A stretch of 64,000 nt of DNA from Candidatus Marinacidobacterales bacterium. Its GTDB lineage: Bacteria > Acidobacteriota > Vicinamibacteria > Marinacidobacterales > SMYC01. The notes beneath the pieces were generated by a model. That model had not been told where the DNA came from. It did no database searches and saw nothing but the letters and a program-made list of their open reading frames with translations. Positions within the stretch are counted from its first letter, which is position 1. Every line of letters starts with the position of its first letter. Below, piece by piece: positions 22,775 to 33,934 of this stretch. The translations under genes were made by a program, and so were the position numbers. The stretch lies in NCBI GenBank assembly GCA_965237955.1, contig OZ250169.1, positions 8,070,598 through 8,134,597 of the forward strand. Direction: 5' to 3'.

Positions 22775-22887
22775 ACCCTCGGGACAGACGATTGTAAAGC
22801 CTACGGCCCTTGGCCCGGTCGCAAACACAGACACTAAGCTGCTGATTTATGGCCTATTTCAAAAGGGCCGAGTTTTGGCACAGGACG
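22775..22887 (+). repeat. rve-element terminus type A
   Basis: Near-identical to 19138-19250. Confidence 0.85.
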
Positions 22888-23026
22888 GGGTTCTCTTCCA
22901 CGCGGACATTAATCTCGTGACGGATGGCGTGCTCCATCTCGCTCGCCTTCGCCTCGTCGGTCTTGAGCGCATCAACCTTCTCTTCAAACTCCCGGCGAGA
23001 AAAGCTGAACCTCCTTGACCAGGATC
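22888..23026 (-). pseudogene. type I restriction enzyme HsdR C-terminal fragment
   Basis: Minus-strand translation ...DEAKASEMEHAIRHEINVRVEENP, recognised by eye. Confidence 0.55.
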
Positions 23027-23029
23027 TGG

Positions 23030-23243
23030 ATGCCGGCCGCTCGACAGCTACGAAACCGTCCTGAACTTCATACGGACCACCAAGACCAAGACCGGGCTCA
23101 AGGTAAACGCCCGTCTCGTCAAGAAGCAGTATGCCAAGGGCATCAAAATCTCAGACCCAGCGATGACAGTACTAAACTTCAAACGACCCACTTCGCTGCC
23201 GAAATGGAACTACACATTGCGTCCATCCAAGAATGGGAAATAA
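23030..23243 (+). pseudogene. ISAzo13-family transposase C-terminal fragment
   Basis: LDSYETVLNFIRTTKTKTGLKVNARL...YAKGIKISD...KWNYTLRP. Confidence 0.75.
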
Positions 23244-23272
23244 TTTTTGCCGGTGTGCTAGTATCGCCTGCC

Positions 23273-24013
23273 ATGGCGCTGCGAGAGGAGCTGACGGTGG
23301 CGGGGGCGTTCTTGTTCCGCTGGCGCAGTTATTTTCCGCTAGGTGCCCTGGTCCTCGTAGTGTCCCAGATGCGTCACGTCGCGCACGGTGGCGCGCGGTA
23401 TCCCGACAGCCTTCCCTGGGGAGCATTGTGTCTCGTGGTCGCTCTCGCCGGTCTCGGTGTGAGGGCCTACGTCGCCGGCCATGTGCCACAGGGCACGTCG
23501 GGACGCAACACTCGATCTCAAATCTGCGAAGGGCTCAACACGGATGGCGCCTATTCGATGGTCCGTCACCCACTGTACCTCGGCAATTTCTTCATCTGGC
23601 TGGGTGTAGCGCTCGTACCGCGAAGCGCGTGGCTATTGCTTCTGGTTACGGCCGCGTTCTGGATCTACTACGAGCGGATCATGTATGCGGAGGAGGAGTT
23701 TCTTCGGAACAAGTTCGGCGAGCGTTACCTCTTCTGGGCACGAACCACACCCGCGTTCCTGCCCAACCCTCGGCTCTTCCGTCGACCCTCGTTGCCATTC
23801 TCGCTTCGGACCGTTCTTCGAAGGGAGTGCTCGAGCTGGTTCGGGGTCATCGCGTCGTTTGCGTTGCTCGAGACGATGGCGAATTCGAGTGCTCATGGTC
23901 GCCTCGGGCTCGGCGCGGGCTGGACGACGTTGGTGACCATCTGCGGCCTCACCTATGTGGCGTTGCGGTGCGTGAAGCGACGTACCCATTGGCTGGACGT
24001 CGCGGGACGCTGA
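23273..24013 (+). CDS. ICMT/PEMT-family membrane methyltransferase, lipid A phosphate methyltransferase (LmtA)-like
   Basis: LFRWRSYFP, GTSGRNT, LNTDGAYSMVRHPLYLGN, YYERIMYAEEEFL. Confidence 0.8.
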   Translation: MALREELTVAGAFLFRWRSYFPLGALVLVVSQMRHVAHGGARYPDSLPWGALCLVVALAGLGVRAYVAGHVPQGTSGRNTRSQICEGLNTDGAYSMVRHPLYLGNFFIWLGVALVPRSAWLLLLVTAAFWIYYERIMYAEEEFLRNKFGERYLFWARTTPAFLPNPRLFRRPSLPFSLRTVLRRECSSWFGVIASFALLETMANSSAHGRLGLGAGWTTLVTICGLTYVALRCVKRRTHWLDVAGR

Positions 24014-24060
24014 GTGCGAGGTTTCAGCATTCCTTCAGAGTTCTCGCCTAAACTGAGCGG

Positions 24061-24200
24061 GTGGAAATCCTGATCGTGGAGGACGACGAGCGCATGGCGT
24101 CCCTCCTGAAGCGAGGCCTCGAGAAGGAAGGCCATGTCGCGACCCTCACGGCAGACGGCCCAGAAGGGCTCGACTTCGCAATGTCGCGCACCTTCGACCT
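24061..24200 (+). pseudogene. response regulator N-terminal fragment
   Basis: ILIVEDDERMASLLKRGL...DGPEGL...FDL; cut by a type A terminus at 24201. Confidence 0.75.
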
Positions 24201-24493
24201 CGTCCTGTGCCAAAACTCGGCCCTTTTGAAATAGACCACAAATCAGCAGCTTAGACGCCCTTGGAATCCGCGCAGAAGCGAGGGTATCTCGCGCCGCAGG
24301 GCTGTCTTCCGACCTGTGCCTTCTATTTTATTCATCCGCGGGCACCAGCTCGCGACGAGCCTTGAAGGCAGAGATGAGAGCAAGAACAAACGACGAAATC
24401 ATGTAGGTATGGTGCCGGTAGACCGAAGACCAATCAAGTTCGGGGCGCGCGGATGAATAAATAGAAGGCACAGCCGAATTTTGGCACAGGACG
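24201..24493. mobile_element. nested miniature element: inverted type C pair (24315-24472) inside inverted type A pair
   Basis: A end at 24201, TGTGCCTTCTATTT at 24315, AAATAGAAGGCACA at 24472, TTTTGGCACAGGACG at 24493. Confidence 0.7.
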
Positions 24494-24851
24494 GGGTACC
24501 AGACGATGCGGCGCCAAAACGACGCGCGAGAATGCCTCAGGAAGCGTCTTCTCGAGCCAGGCCATACCCCAGCAACCCCCCGAAACCAGCCCCACATCGC
24601 CCGGGGTTCGGCCGCGGCAGGTCGCTGCCTACGGGAGCGGGAAGGTCGCTTCGCGTCTTTCCTTACGCCCGCTCCCTCCGGCACCGACCTGCCGCCCCTT
24701 GCTACACAACACGCAGGTAAGATAGGTTCACGTTTTCAATCAGTGGGAAGGAGGTCACCCAACACTTCATCGTTTCGATGAGCGTTCGGCTTCACCGGAT
24801 TCGCTGTTCAGCTTGCTCTGGATTCGGCGTTCACGATGGCTGGAATACGCA
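24494..24851 (+). mobile_element. IS21 terminal fragment (second copy)
   Basis: Inverted near-copy of about 3731-4088, ending GGAATACGCA. Confidence 0.9.
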
Positions 24852-25465
24852 GTCTGGCTCACGAGGTGACGGCTGGCGGCACTCTTACTCGTGCCACGAG
24901 ACTTCAACTTGGCCACGGGTTTGTCCAGACTCGATTCGTAATTTCGGGTCGATACCCCCACCAAGATCTGATTCAACACTCGCTCTGGAAGCGGGTCTTC
25001 TTCGCGGAAGGCTTCGAAGTGTGGAAGCGACGCCTCCTCGCCCGACTTCGAGCGAACTCGAGGTCGCGACACTTGGATGCGACGACCACCGAAGCTCAGC
25101 TCTCCGTTCGTGCTCCCCCAGTGGTTATGAGTTCGCTCCTTCTCGTGCTTGCCCTTGAGCCCCGCGATCTCCTCGGCGTCCTCTCTGAGCAGTAGGTGCA
25201 GAGCTGTCAGTCCTTGCTCGTACACCCATTCCGTCAGATCCGCCTTCGTGGCCGCGATCCCAGCTATCATCGGTAGCAGTATCTGACCGACTTGGCCAAC
25301 TACCTTGCCCGTAGGCGAGTGCGTTTGCTTTCTTACTGGCTTCTTTGATTTCCTAGGCATTGGTGGCTCCTTGTCCCCCTCTGGAGACGGTTTATTGGCA
25401 GACCTATTCTTAGGCCGGCCAAGGAGCCGCCGCTACCCCAAATTCAACATCCGGCGGGACATCCC
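24852..25465 (-). pseudogene. IS256-family transposase 5' fragment with left IR
   Basis: QVSRPRVR, GVSTRNY, GTSKSAASR; IR ...CGGGACATCCC. Confidence 0.85.
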
Positions 25466-25689
25466 CCACCCCGGCAGAGCCGGGGGTTTACCTGTGATAA
25501 TTACAGCCAAAATAGGGCTCGTGACCTTCGCCGCGCGCTAAATGGAGCGTAAGCGCTTTTTTTTGCAAAGGGATACGTACACATCACCAACAGCAAACAG
25601 CGCAAGCACCGGTTTTCGTCTCGAATTTCGATTTTCGAGGGACACGTTTGCCCCGGGTATTTGCCCGATATGATATTTTACGGCGCAGG

Positions 25690-26636
25690 ATGGATGCGTT
25701 GCGCGCCTTCGTGTGTCAGGTGCAGGATAGGCTTACCCGACAGGCGTTCCGGAACGAAGCGGCCGTGCGATCGCAGATCGTGCTGCCGATTCTTGAACGG
25801 CTGGGATGGAACATTTACGACACTGCCACCGTGAATCACGAGTATCCACTGAAGGTCAGCGACGGCACGCGGCGGGTCGTCGACCTGGGCCTCTTTGTCC
25901 CGGGCCGTGGTCTACACTGCATCGTCGAACTGAAGGCCGTGGGACAGTCGCAGGGTGACGAACAACTCTTCCAGTACGCCTATCTCGCTGGCGCGCCACT
26001 GGCGCTGCTCAGCAATGGCGAGCACTGGCGTTTCTACGTAACCTACCGGCCTGGATCCTATGAGGAGCGACTTGTTCGGACGCTCGATTTCACCAAACAA
26101 TCGCCGGACGACATCGTTGCCGCCCTCCACCGATACCTCTCCTACGACCACACGGAATCGGGTAAGGCCGCCGACTACGCACGCGCGGACTTGGAGAAGA
26201 ACGTCAACCGAAACTTGGCTAGGAAGAAGATCCCTGCTGCATGGCACCGCCTTGTCGAAGACGAACGGCTGGTGGATCTGCTGGTCGAGGAAACGTCACG
26301 CCTGTCCGATTACGCACCGACAAAGGAAGATGTCGCTGACTTTCTTCATCGCCTGCTGTCTCCCTCAGACGACGCGCGAGGTGGCAACCAAGCACCGGTC
26401 AAGCCGCTACAGGAGAGTGTTGAGCCCGTGGAGCCACCCCCGTCGGTGCCGAGACGGATGCGTTACCACTTGCTTGGTAGGGAGTACTCAGCGAACAACG
26501 CCGTTCAGGCTTTCGTTCACATCTTCCAGATGTTGGCGGAGCGGGACGCCAGCCTACTAGAGCGACTGGAGCCGCAGCTCAGAGGACCGAAGAACCGCCA
26601 ACTCGGGCGCAGCGTGGCAGAATTGTCGGCGAATCC
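25690..26636 (+). pseudogene. restriction-endonuclease-like protein (HsdR N-terminal-like domain), 3' truncated by IS5
   Basis: NEAAVRSQIVLPILERLGW, EY, VDLGL, IVELK, QLFQYA, LSNGEHWRFY. Confidence 0.75.
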
Positions 26637-27723
26637 TGCCTTGGTGCACAACTCGCGATCTCGGTCCACAATTGTCCTTTACTCACGGATTCGAGGTTCC
26701 CCATGAGCATTTTCAAACGCACTCAGCGGAAGTATGTGAAGAAGGCCTATCGCGTGAGGAATTGGCGTGAATATGAGGCGGGTCTACGCAACCGTGGGAG
26801 CCTGACCGTCTGGATCTCGCTCACCGCCGGCAAGCTTGTGAACTGGGACGCGCCCCGGCCGAGGAGGAGGAAACCGGGCCGTCAACGCAAGTACTCGAAC
26901 CACGCCATCGAGACGGCTGTCACCCTGGGCATGGTGTTTCATCTGTCATCTAGGCAGAGCGAGGGATTGATGCGATCGTTGTTCGCTCTGATGAAGCTAG
27001 ACAATGATGTGCCCGATCACACCAAGATCTCGAGGCGCAAGGCGAAGCTGGGTAAGGTCCCCTTCTACCAAGACAAGCAGAAGACGCCGTTGCACATCTT
27101 GATCGACAGCAGCGGTCTCGCTGTCCACGCCGGCCAGCTGCGCAGAGCACCAAAGAGCAGGGACTATCGCAAGCTCCATCTGTGTGTCGACGAGCAGAGT
27201 GGCGAAGTCGTCGCCGGCGAGCTGACGAGCAAAAGAGCCCGCGATTCATCGCGGGTTGCATCGCTTGTCGGACAGATCGACAGTCCCATCTCATCGGCCA
27301 GAGCTGACACCGCATACGACGCCGGCGGCGTCTATGAGGCGATCGAGAATCACAGCGCTCATCGCTCGCCGAGGGTGCTGATACCGCCGCGCAAGGGCGC
27401 CCAGCTCGCATCGGGGCCTGCGAGCAGCCGACAGCGCAATCGCAACATTGCAGCACAAGCTCGGCTCGGCAAACGAAAGTGGCACACAGAATCGGGCTAC
27501 AGCAAACGGAGCAAAGTCGAGACAACGTTCCATCGCTACAAGGCTATCGTGGGCTCAGCGATGCGAGCGAGAGGGTTGGCGGCACAGAGAGTCGAGGCAA
27601 GGATCGGGTGCAAGATTCTCAACACGATGACGGCGCTCGGGATGCCTGATAGCGAGATGATCGGATGATGGGAGTCGGGGCCAAGCGAGCTCTCGGCCTC
27701 TATCGGAGTTGTGCACCAAGGCA
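26637..27723 (+). mobile_element. IS5-family element, complete
   Basis: Perfect 18-bp IR TGCCTTGGTGCACAACTC; no target duplication. Confidence 0.93.
26703..27668 (+). CDS. IS5-family (IS903-like) transposase
   Basis: YRVRNWREYEAGLRNRGSLTVW plus DDE motifs. Confidence 0.93.
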   Translation: MSIFKRTQRKYVKKAYRVRNWREYEAGLRNRGSLTVWISLTAGKLVNWDAPRPRRRKPGRQRKYSNHAIETAVTLGMVFHLSSRQSEGLMRSLFALMKLDNDVPDHTKISRRKAKLGKVPFYQDKQKTPLHILIDSSGLAVHAGQLRRAPKSRDYRKLHLCVDEQSGEVVAGELTSKRARDSSRVASLVGQIDSPISSARADTAYDAGGVYEAIENHSAHRSPRVLIPPRKGAQLASGPASSRQRNRNIAAQARLGKRKWHTESGYSKRSKVETTFHRYKAIVGSAMRARGLAAQRVEARIGCKILNTMTALGMPDSEMIG

Positions 27724-28247
27724 TCGCCGATGCGGAAGCTCTCGCCACGGGACTACTGAGTGACAAGACGACGACGAAGCTCTACTTGCCGGACGCCACA
27801 CGACAAGACGTCATCCAGGCCTTCGACCACGGAGCCTCCCTCGTGAGCTATCTCGGCCACGGCGCCATCCATCTCTGGGCCGACGAGAACCTCTTCAACA
27901 GCCACGATGTCGCTTCGCTCTCTCACCAAACCCAACAGCCGCTCCTCCTGACGATGAACTGCTTGAACGGCTACTTCCACTTCCCTTACTTCGATTCGCT
28001 AGCCGAGGCGTTATTGAAAGCTGAGGACAAGGGAGTGATCGCAGCCTTCTCCCCGAGCGGTCTCAGCTTGAACGCGCCCGCAAAGCGCTATCAGGAAGCG
28101 CTCGTCGACGAGCTTTTCCACGGAGGACACGCGCGGCTCGGAGACGCCGTCCTCGAAGCCCAGAAGAGATACGCCGAGACCGGCGCCTTCCCCGAGCTTC
28201 TCGCCATCTACCACCTCTTCGGCGACCCCGCACTCACGCTCCGTTAA
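27724..28247 (+). pseudogene. peptidase C25 (gingipain-like) C-terminal fragment
   Basis: SYLGHG, MNCLNGYF, LGDAVLEA, LFGDPAL. Confidence 0.8.
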
Positions 28248-28370
28248 GCACGGCGCTGAGATAGTACTTTCGCCTCGGATCGTTTGGGCTGCTTCCTACT
28301 TCCACATCTTGCACTCTGCATCGATTCTAGGCGCAAGACTTCCGAGCTCGAAACCGAGCTTCGGGCCCCC

Positions 28371-29609
28371 TCAGGACCGGTATGACTCGCGGCCCGTTCC
28401 CTGGACCGGAATCCCTTGATCGGAGAGCACCTCCTCCTGCAGCGCGAACATGCAGGCCGCGGCTTCGTCGATCTTGCGCGTGAACGCGATCGACCCCTCC
28501 AGGATCGGCTCGAGCTTCGCTTTGTTCTGGATTCGCGCTGGCGGGTACTCGTGCTCGACCACGAGGTGTGTGTTCGCCACGTCCAGGTCGAGCAGCTCGC
28601 GAGCCGCGAGCTGATGGTCGAGCCAGTCGACGCTGCGGTTTTGCAGGTAGGCGAGCGGATCGTGGCGCGCCGTGCCTGGCAGCTCGTGGGTACAGAGCAC
28701 GGTCTGCTTCTTCCAGGCATTGAGCTGGTCGGCCGGCACGTCGGAAGGTTTGCCGTCCTTCCAGTCGCCGCGCTCCAGAGTCTGTCCGCCGTAGCCCCAG
28801 GCGGAGACGCCTCGCGAGTCGATGACCTGACCCTTCACGTGGAAGCCGCCGATCAGGAAGCCGTACCCCTCGTCCTTCAGGTATTGGAACATCGAGCGCG
28901 TATCCTGCCCCATCAGGATAGAATGTGAGGGGTCGTAATGAATACGAAATTGATCACCCACACCGTGCTTCTCGCAGATGCGGTGCAACACGATCCACGG
29001 TGCGGGCGCATAGGCGATGTTGTTGTGGAAGCTGTCGCCCGTCGTCCAGCCTGGCATCGGGCACTGCTCGACGCGATAGGTCAAGCCACGCTCCTTCGCT
29101 GCCTTCAGTAGCGGGATGAAGCTCTCTTCGAAGTCCTCGAGGTTCTCGTCCATGCTGCGCTCGGCATTGCGTCCGACGAAGCCGCACACCGCATCGGTTC
29201 CAAGCAGCACGGCGGCGTCGTACACCCGGTGCATGAAGTCGTGCTTGTTCGCGCGGACCTCCGGGTCATGGTGGAGCATGTTGTCGAAGTAGGCAACGTC
29301 CGAAAGACCGATCCGGTGCTCCTTCTGCGCCGCCATGGCCCGCTCGGCGCGCTTCGCGTCGAATGGCTCGCGCAGATCGAGCGTGTTCGCCACCGGGTCG
29401 AGCATGGCATCCGGAGGCACATCAGACTCGCTGGGGTGGAGCGCGGCCGAGAGCTGAATGTTGTCGGCACCCATCTCCCGTGCGAACGCGATCCATTCCT
29501 CGATGGCGCGGTCGGGGTCGGCGTCGCGCACCTTGCGCGGGGTCAACTCCTGCAGCGCGGCCGTCAGGACCCCGATCTTCATGAACTGGGGCTCGAACGC
29601 TCGTGGCAT
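28371..29609 (-). CDS. sugar phosphate isomerase/epimerase (xylose isomerase-like TIM barrel)
   Basis: [24 protein letters not shown] metal-binding pattern. Confidence 0.8.
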   Translation of the reverse strand: MPRAFEPQFMKIGVLTAALQELTPRKVRDADPDRAIEEWIAFAREMGADNIQLSAALHPSESDVPPDAMLDPVANTLDLREPFDAKRAERAMAAQKEHRIGLSDVAYFDNMLHHDPEVRANKHDFMHRVYDAAVLLGTDAVCGFVGRNAERSMDENLEDFEESFIPLLKAAKERGLTYRVEQCPMPGWTTGDSFHNNIAYAPAPWIVLHRICEKHGVGDQFRIHYDPSHSILMGQDTRSMFQYLKDEGYGFLIGGFHVKGQVIDSRGVSAWGYGGQTLERGDWKDGKPSDVPADQLNAWKKQTVLCTHELPGTARHDPLAYLQNRSVDWLDHQLAARELLDLDVANTHLVVEHEYPPARIQNKAKLEPILEGSIAFTRKIDEAAACMFALQEEVLSDQGIPVQGTGRESYRS

Positions 29610-29937
29610 CGCATTCCTCCTGTTTGTTGGCTGACTAAACTATCCTTCGGTCGTCGGTGCGTCAAGGCGCGTCAAGGCCCCACACCGACGAAGGAAACGT
29701 GCGGCTTCACAGCATGATCAACGTGCCACCGTGAGTGTGAGTCACTTCCAGCCAGGTCACCGGTTCCCGAATGCGGAGTCTTACGCCGACTCGCGGACGC
29801 CTTGGGAATAGGTGCGGACTACGTCCTGTTTCGCGTGCAAGAGCCCGCCGGAGAGGACCTCGAGGCGGACGCAGGTTCCAAAGAGCTGAGGGGAGCTCCG
29901 TGGAGCTCCCCGATGGTCGTGCCGCTCCGTGTGTGGC

Positions 29938-30390
29938 TCAGGACCCTCCCGCCAAAGCCTCCGTCGAGTCGAACGCGCGATGCTTCAGAAAAGCGTAGCT
30001 CGTCCCGAGGATGGCGCCATAGACGAGATGGCCAACCAGGCTGGGAAGCATGTTGCCGGCCGCAACGAGATTCCAATTCACGCCGAGCCCCATACCCATG
30101 AAAAGTGGCATCAAGGTCAACGGCCCCAACAGCCACCAGATCCCCCCGTACGCGAGACCGCGGGTCAGGCCATCAACGAGGCGTCGGATGCCTCGACCGA
30201 AGAGAACACCGAAACCAGCACCGATGATGGCACTGTTGACCATGTGGACGAAGAAGCCGAAAACGGCCGAGGGATGGCCCGCCATCTTCCCTATCATCGG
30301 GAGCATGCCCATCATGCCCATCATGGCACCGAAGACTACGCCTCCGGCGAGTCCGCCGTAGATTCCCAGTTTAATATTTCTCACGTTCAT
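29938..30390 (-). CDS. small integral membrane protein
   Basis: GGAGG RBS; four Gly/Met-rich helices; SLVGHLVYG. Confidence 0.75.
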   Translation of the reverse strand: MNVRNIKLGIYGGLAGGVVFGAMMGMMGMLPMIGKMAGHPSAVFGFFVHMVNSAIIGAGFGVLFGRGIRRLVDGLTRGLAYGGIWWLLGPLTLMPLFMGMGLGVNWNLVAAGNMLPSLVGHLVYGAILGTSYAFLKHRAFDSTEALAGGS

Positions 30391-30599
30391 CTCTGCCTCC
30401 AGATAATTGTGACGTTCGAATCGAGGATGGTGAGACCGAACGCGAGCCCGCAACGGATCATCTCCAGTTGCGAGGCGCCGCATCGGCTACAAATGCGAGC
30501 GTCACTTTGCGATCGGCCCGAGCATCCCAGCCTCGATAGTGAGTGTGGGAAGGCGGGGATTTCTTACAGGCGGGAGTCGCGGGGCGAGCCGTGAGAACA

Positions 30600-30779
30600 A
30601 TGCCGGATTCCACTCAGAAGAGAATGGCCTTTGTGCTTCGCGAAGTCGAAGACCTCGCAACAGAAGAAATTTGTAAGATTCTGGAAGTGACGCGCACTAA
30701 CCTAGGAGTGCTGTTATATCGTGTTCGCAACCACCTTCGGGAATGCCTGGAGGCAAAGGGTGTGAGAGAGCATCAATAA
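30600..30779 (+). pseudogene. ECF sigma factor region-4 fragment
   Basis: AFVLREVEDLATEEICKILEV...VLLYRVRNHLRECL; region 2 absent. Confidence 0.75.
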
Positions 30780-31090
30780 TGATGCTGAAATACCGGGAGC
30801 TCACGCGCATGATTGCCAGCGACGAGCTACCCGAGGCCAGGTGGCCGGTGAGGATGGGAGGATGGCTTCACCTGCTAATGTGCCGGCACTGCCGCCGCTA
30901 CGCAACACAAATCCGCACCCTTGCCGCCGGAGCTCGGAGGTCTTGGGGACCGGAAGCCGAAGACTCGGCAAGGCTCGATCAGCTCGAGCGCAGAATCCTG
31001 GAGCGCTGTCTCGGTGAGTCGGAGAACTCCATTTCGTCTGCCCCTAGACCGGCTGCCCCTACGGATCCCGACGAGCCCCAGCAATCGTGA
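30779..31090 (+). CDS. zf-HC2 anti-sigma-like protein
   Basis: HLLMCRHCRRY directly after the sigma fragment. Confidence 0.7.
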   Translation: MMLKYRELTRMIASDELPEARWPVRMGGWLHLLMCRHCRRYATQIRTLAAGARRSWGPEAEDSARLDQLERRILERCLGESENSISSAPRPAAPTDPDEPQQS

Positions 31091-31121
31091 TGCGCCCGCC
31101 GAAATAGGCGTACGTACCAGA

Positions 31122-31340
31122 TCACTGAGCGCCGGTTTCGTACTTAAAAGACAGACTCACCCTGGCGCGGTAGGAGGCGACTTTCCCATTCTCGATGACC
31201 ACGTCCAGCTTGTTGATTTCAGCAATTCTCAGGTTTTTCAGACTCTTGCCGGCGGTCTCCACGGCGTTCTTAGCGGCTTCCTCCCAGGAACGATCGCTCG
31301 AGCCCACCAATTCGACGACTTTGTAAACGCTGTCGGACAT
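31122..31340 (-). CDS. dodecin-family protein
   Basis: VYKVVELVGSS..SWEEAAKNAV...YRARVSLSFK. Confidence 0.9.
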   Translation of the reverse strand: MSDSVYKVVELVGSSDRSWEEAAKNAVETAGKSLKNLRIAEINKLDVVIENGKVASYRARVSLSFKYETGAQ

Positions 31341-31469
31341 AACTCCCTCCACCTAAAGACCGTAATCGTAAGGAACACGACGCGGGAATAGTCTCAGATT
31401 CGGGTCAAAGAGAGCAAACGGGTCGTCTCAATCATTCCGATTGACCCATGCTCCACGACCCGGTGCGTC

Positions 31470-31870
31470 AGGTCTCGAGAGCCTCCCAGCCGCCGCCGAG
31501 AGATTTGTACAGCCGGATGAGTCGGGTGCGGACCTCGGTCTCACTGACCGCCACCTGATCGTCTATCTCGCCGCGAGGCCCAGACGATAGAGTGAGCGCG
31601 CGAGTTCCGCGGCACGATCGGCGTCCAGGCGCGCCTCCATGAGCCGGTCGAGCACGTTCTTCTCCTCGACGTAGCCCACGAGCGCCCCTTCGACGTCTTC
31701 GACCGCCACGAGCACCGCGTCGGATCGGGCATCGGTGGCTTCGATCGGCGCCCGAATCTCACCGCGCCGAAAGATCGGCCACTGGAAGAAGGCGCTCAGA
31801 AGACCGGTGCCGCTCGACAGGCCAAAGAGATCCGATGGGGGGGTACTCTCGAGCCCGATGACGCCGCGGA
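31470..31870 (-). pseudogene. outer-membrane efflux factor (OprM/NodT-like) remnant
   Basis: WPIFRRGEIRA, EDVEGALV, and in another frame RLYKSLGGGW; internal deletions. Confidence 0.7.
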
Positions 31871-32064
31871 CAAAGAAGAGACCCACGACGAGCACTCCCG
31901 CCCTGTGCCGTGCTCGAAGAGCTCCTCGTCCTACCGTTTTGCTACCAAGACTCCTTTGTGCTACGTTCATCGCCGTCCTGAGTAGCGTCTTCACAGCTCT
32001 TATTGCTTTGGTGGGTGCAAGATCCAGGGTTTGATTCCTTGCCTTTTTCGCGGAGGAGGTCACG

Positions 32065-33873
32065 ATGTTTAGATCACAAAAGACAACCTGCTTGCTGGTG
32101 CTCTTGGGTTTGGCCTTGGTGCTGGATGCCGGGGCCCAGCAGCAGGACATGAAGACGATGCGACCGGTGATCCGAGGCGTCAATCACGCGGTCTCTTCTA
32201 TGAAAATGGAAGCAACCCGCGCGGCCGATAGGATCTTGCAGGCAGGCGGCAATGCGTTCGACGCCGTGGTTGCAGGCCAGGCCGTACTCGCCATTGTGGA
32301 CGCCGCCTCCAACGGCGTCGGCGCCGACGCCGTGATCATGATCTACGACTCGAGGTCGAAGAAAGTGATCTCCATCAACGCGGAGGGGACAGCGCCGGCT
32401 CTAGCCACAATCGATTGGTACAACGAGAACTTCAACGGCGAGCTGCCGCGCAGCGACGGGCTTCTCTCCGGCACGGTGCCGGGAGTCGTGGACGCCTGGT
32501 ACACGCTGCTCGATCGGTGGGGGACGATGAGTTTCGCCGAAGTTCTGCAGCCCGCGATCGAGAACGCCGAACAAGGTTTCCCCATCAGCGAGAAGCTCTC
32601 TCGCGCCATCTCCGGATCGCAGAAAATCCAAAAGTACCCGACGAGCGTGCGGATCTATCTACCCGACGGCAGGGTCCCGGAGCCCGGGGAGATTTTTCGC
32701 AACACGGACGTAGCGCAGACCCTGAAGAAACTGGTGGAGGCGGAGAAAGAGAATTCTCACAAGGGCCGGCATGAGGCTCTTCGTGCCGCGCGTGATCGTT
32801 TCTACAAGGGGGATATCGCGCACACCATGGCGCGCTTCTCGGAAGAGAATGGCGGCCTGTTCCGGTACGAAGACTTCGCAAATTACACGGTCAAAGTCGA
32901 GACACCCGTGTCGATCGACTACGGGGGCTATTCGGTCTACAAGAACCCCTCGTCTAACCAGGGACCCGCCGAGCTATTCGTGCTGAGAATACTCGAGGGC
33001 TATGACCTCAAGTCGCTAGGCCACAACAGTACCGAGTACATTCACACGAGTGTCGAGGCGCTCAAGCTCGGCTTCGCCGACCGTGAAAAGTATCTCGGTG
33101 ACACAGACTTCATCACCATTCCATACCGGGGCTTGCTCTCCGAGGAGTATGCGCAAGAGCGCCGCAAGCTCATCGACCCGAACAGGGCATCGCACGAGCT
33201 GCGTCCCGGAAATCCCGAGAAGTTCATGGGTATCGTTTCTCTGAGTCGCCCGCTCAGCATCAATTACTTGGGAGAGGCGGACCACGAAGGCGATACAAGC
33301 TATATCGCCGTCGTCGACAAAGACCGCAACATGGTGACCTTCACGCCGAGCCTGCATAGCGGCTTTGGCACCGGAGTGGTCATGGCCGATCTGGGGTTCA
33401 GCTTCAACTGCCGCGGCGACTACTTCTCGCTCGAGCCGGGCTTGGCCAATTCGCTCAAGCCGGGTAAGCGGCCTCGCAGCACTCTACAGAGCACGTTGGT
33501 AATGAAGGATGGCAAGCCGTTCATGGTAACCGGCAGTCCAGGCGGCGACGACCAAATCATGCGAACCATGCAGACGTTCTTGAACGTCGTCGAGTTCGGC
33601 ATGAACATCCAACAGGCGATCGAAGCACCTCGCTGGGCCACCCGGAGCTTCCCGGCCTCCACTTTCCCTCAAACGATGCGCCCGGGCGAGATGTCCGTCG
33701 AGCCCAGGATCTCCGAAGCCGTGCAAGAAGCCCTGATCGCAAAAGGTCACAAGTTGACCGTTTCGGACCCCTGGTCGAAGGGCGCCAATGCCGGGATTAT
33801 CGTCGATCCCGATACAGGCGTGTTGAGCGCCGGAGCGGATCCTCGAGTAGAGGCCTATGCGTGGGCCCGGTAG
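32065..33873 (+). CDS. ggt: gamma-glutamyltransferase family protein
   Basis: GGNAFDA, TVPG, DTSYIAVVD nucleophile, PGKRPRSTL, GSPGGD, GADPR. Confidence 0.92.
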   Translation: MFRSQKTTCLLVLLGLALVLDAGAQQQDMKTMRPVIRGVNHAVSSMKMEATRAADRILQAGGNAFDAVVAGQAVLAIVDAASNGVGADAVIMIYDSRSKKVISINAEGTAPALATIDWYNENFNGELPRSDGLLSGTVPGVVDAWYTLLDRWGTMSFAEVLQPAIENAEQGFPISEKLSRAISGSQKIQKYPTSVRIYLPDGRVPEPGEIFRNTDVAQTLKKLVEAEKENSHKGRHEALRAARDRFYKGDIAHTMARFSEENGGLFRYEDFANYTVKVETPVSIDYGGYSVYKNPSSNQGPAELFVLRILEGYDLKSLGHNSTEYIHTSVEALKLGFADREKYLGDTDFITIPYRGLLSEEYAQERRKLIDPNRASHELRPGNPEKFMGIVSLSRPLSINYLGEADHEGDTSYIAVVDKDRNMVTFTPSLHSGFGTGVVMADLGFSFNCRGDYFSLEPGLANSLKPGKRPRSTLQSTLVMKDGKPFMVTGSPGGDDQIMRTMQTFLNVVEFGMNIQQAIEAPRWATRSFPASTFPQTMRPGEMSVEPRISEAVQEALIAKGHKLTVSDPWSKGANAGIIVDPDTGVLSAGADPRVEAYAWAR

Positions 33874-33934
33874 CTGACGCCGCTGCGGCTGTCCCTGTCG
33901 TCTCTTGGCGCGACAACTCGGCCAGCGGAAATGG

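Noticed and set aside
25466-25492. Hairpin CCCCGGCAGAGCCGGGG as a complete IS200/IS605 element or terminator
   Set aside because: It resembles an IS200-type end, but no tnpA/tnpB is adjacent and the T-tract is short, so support is too weak.
31563-32183. 206-aa ORF as an intact gene
   Set aside because: The 5' part is antisense to ggt and its promoter region; only the 3' part is an efflux-factor remnant.
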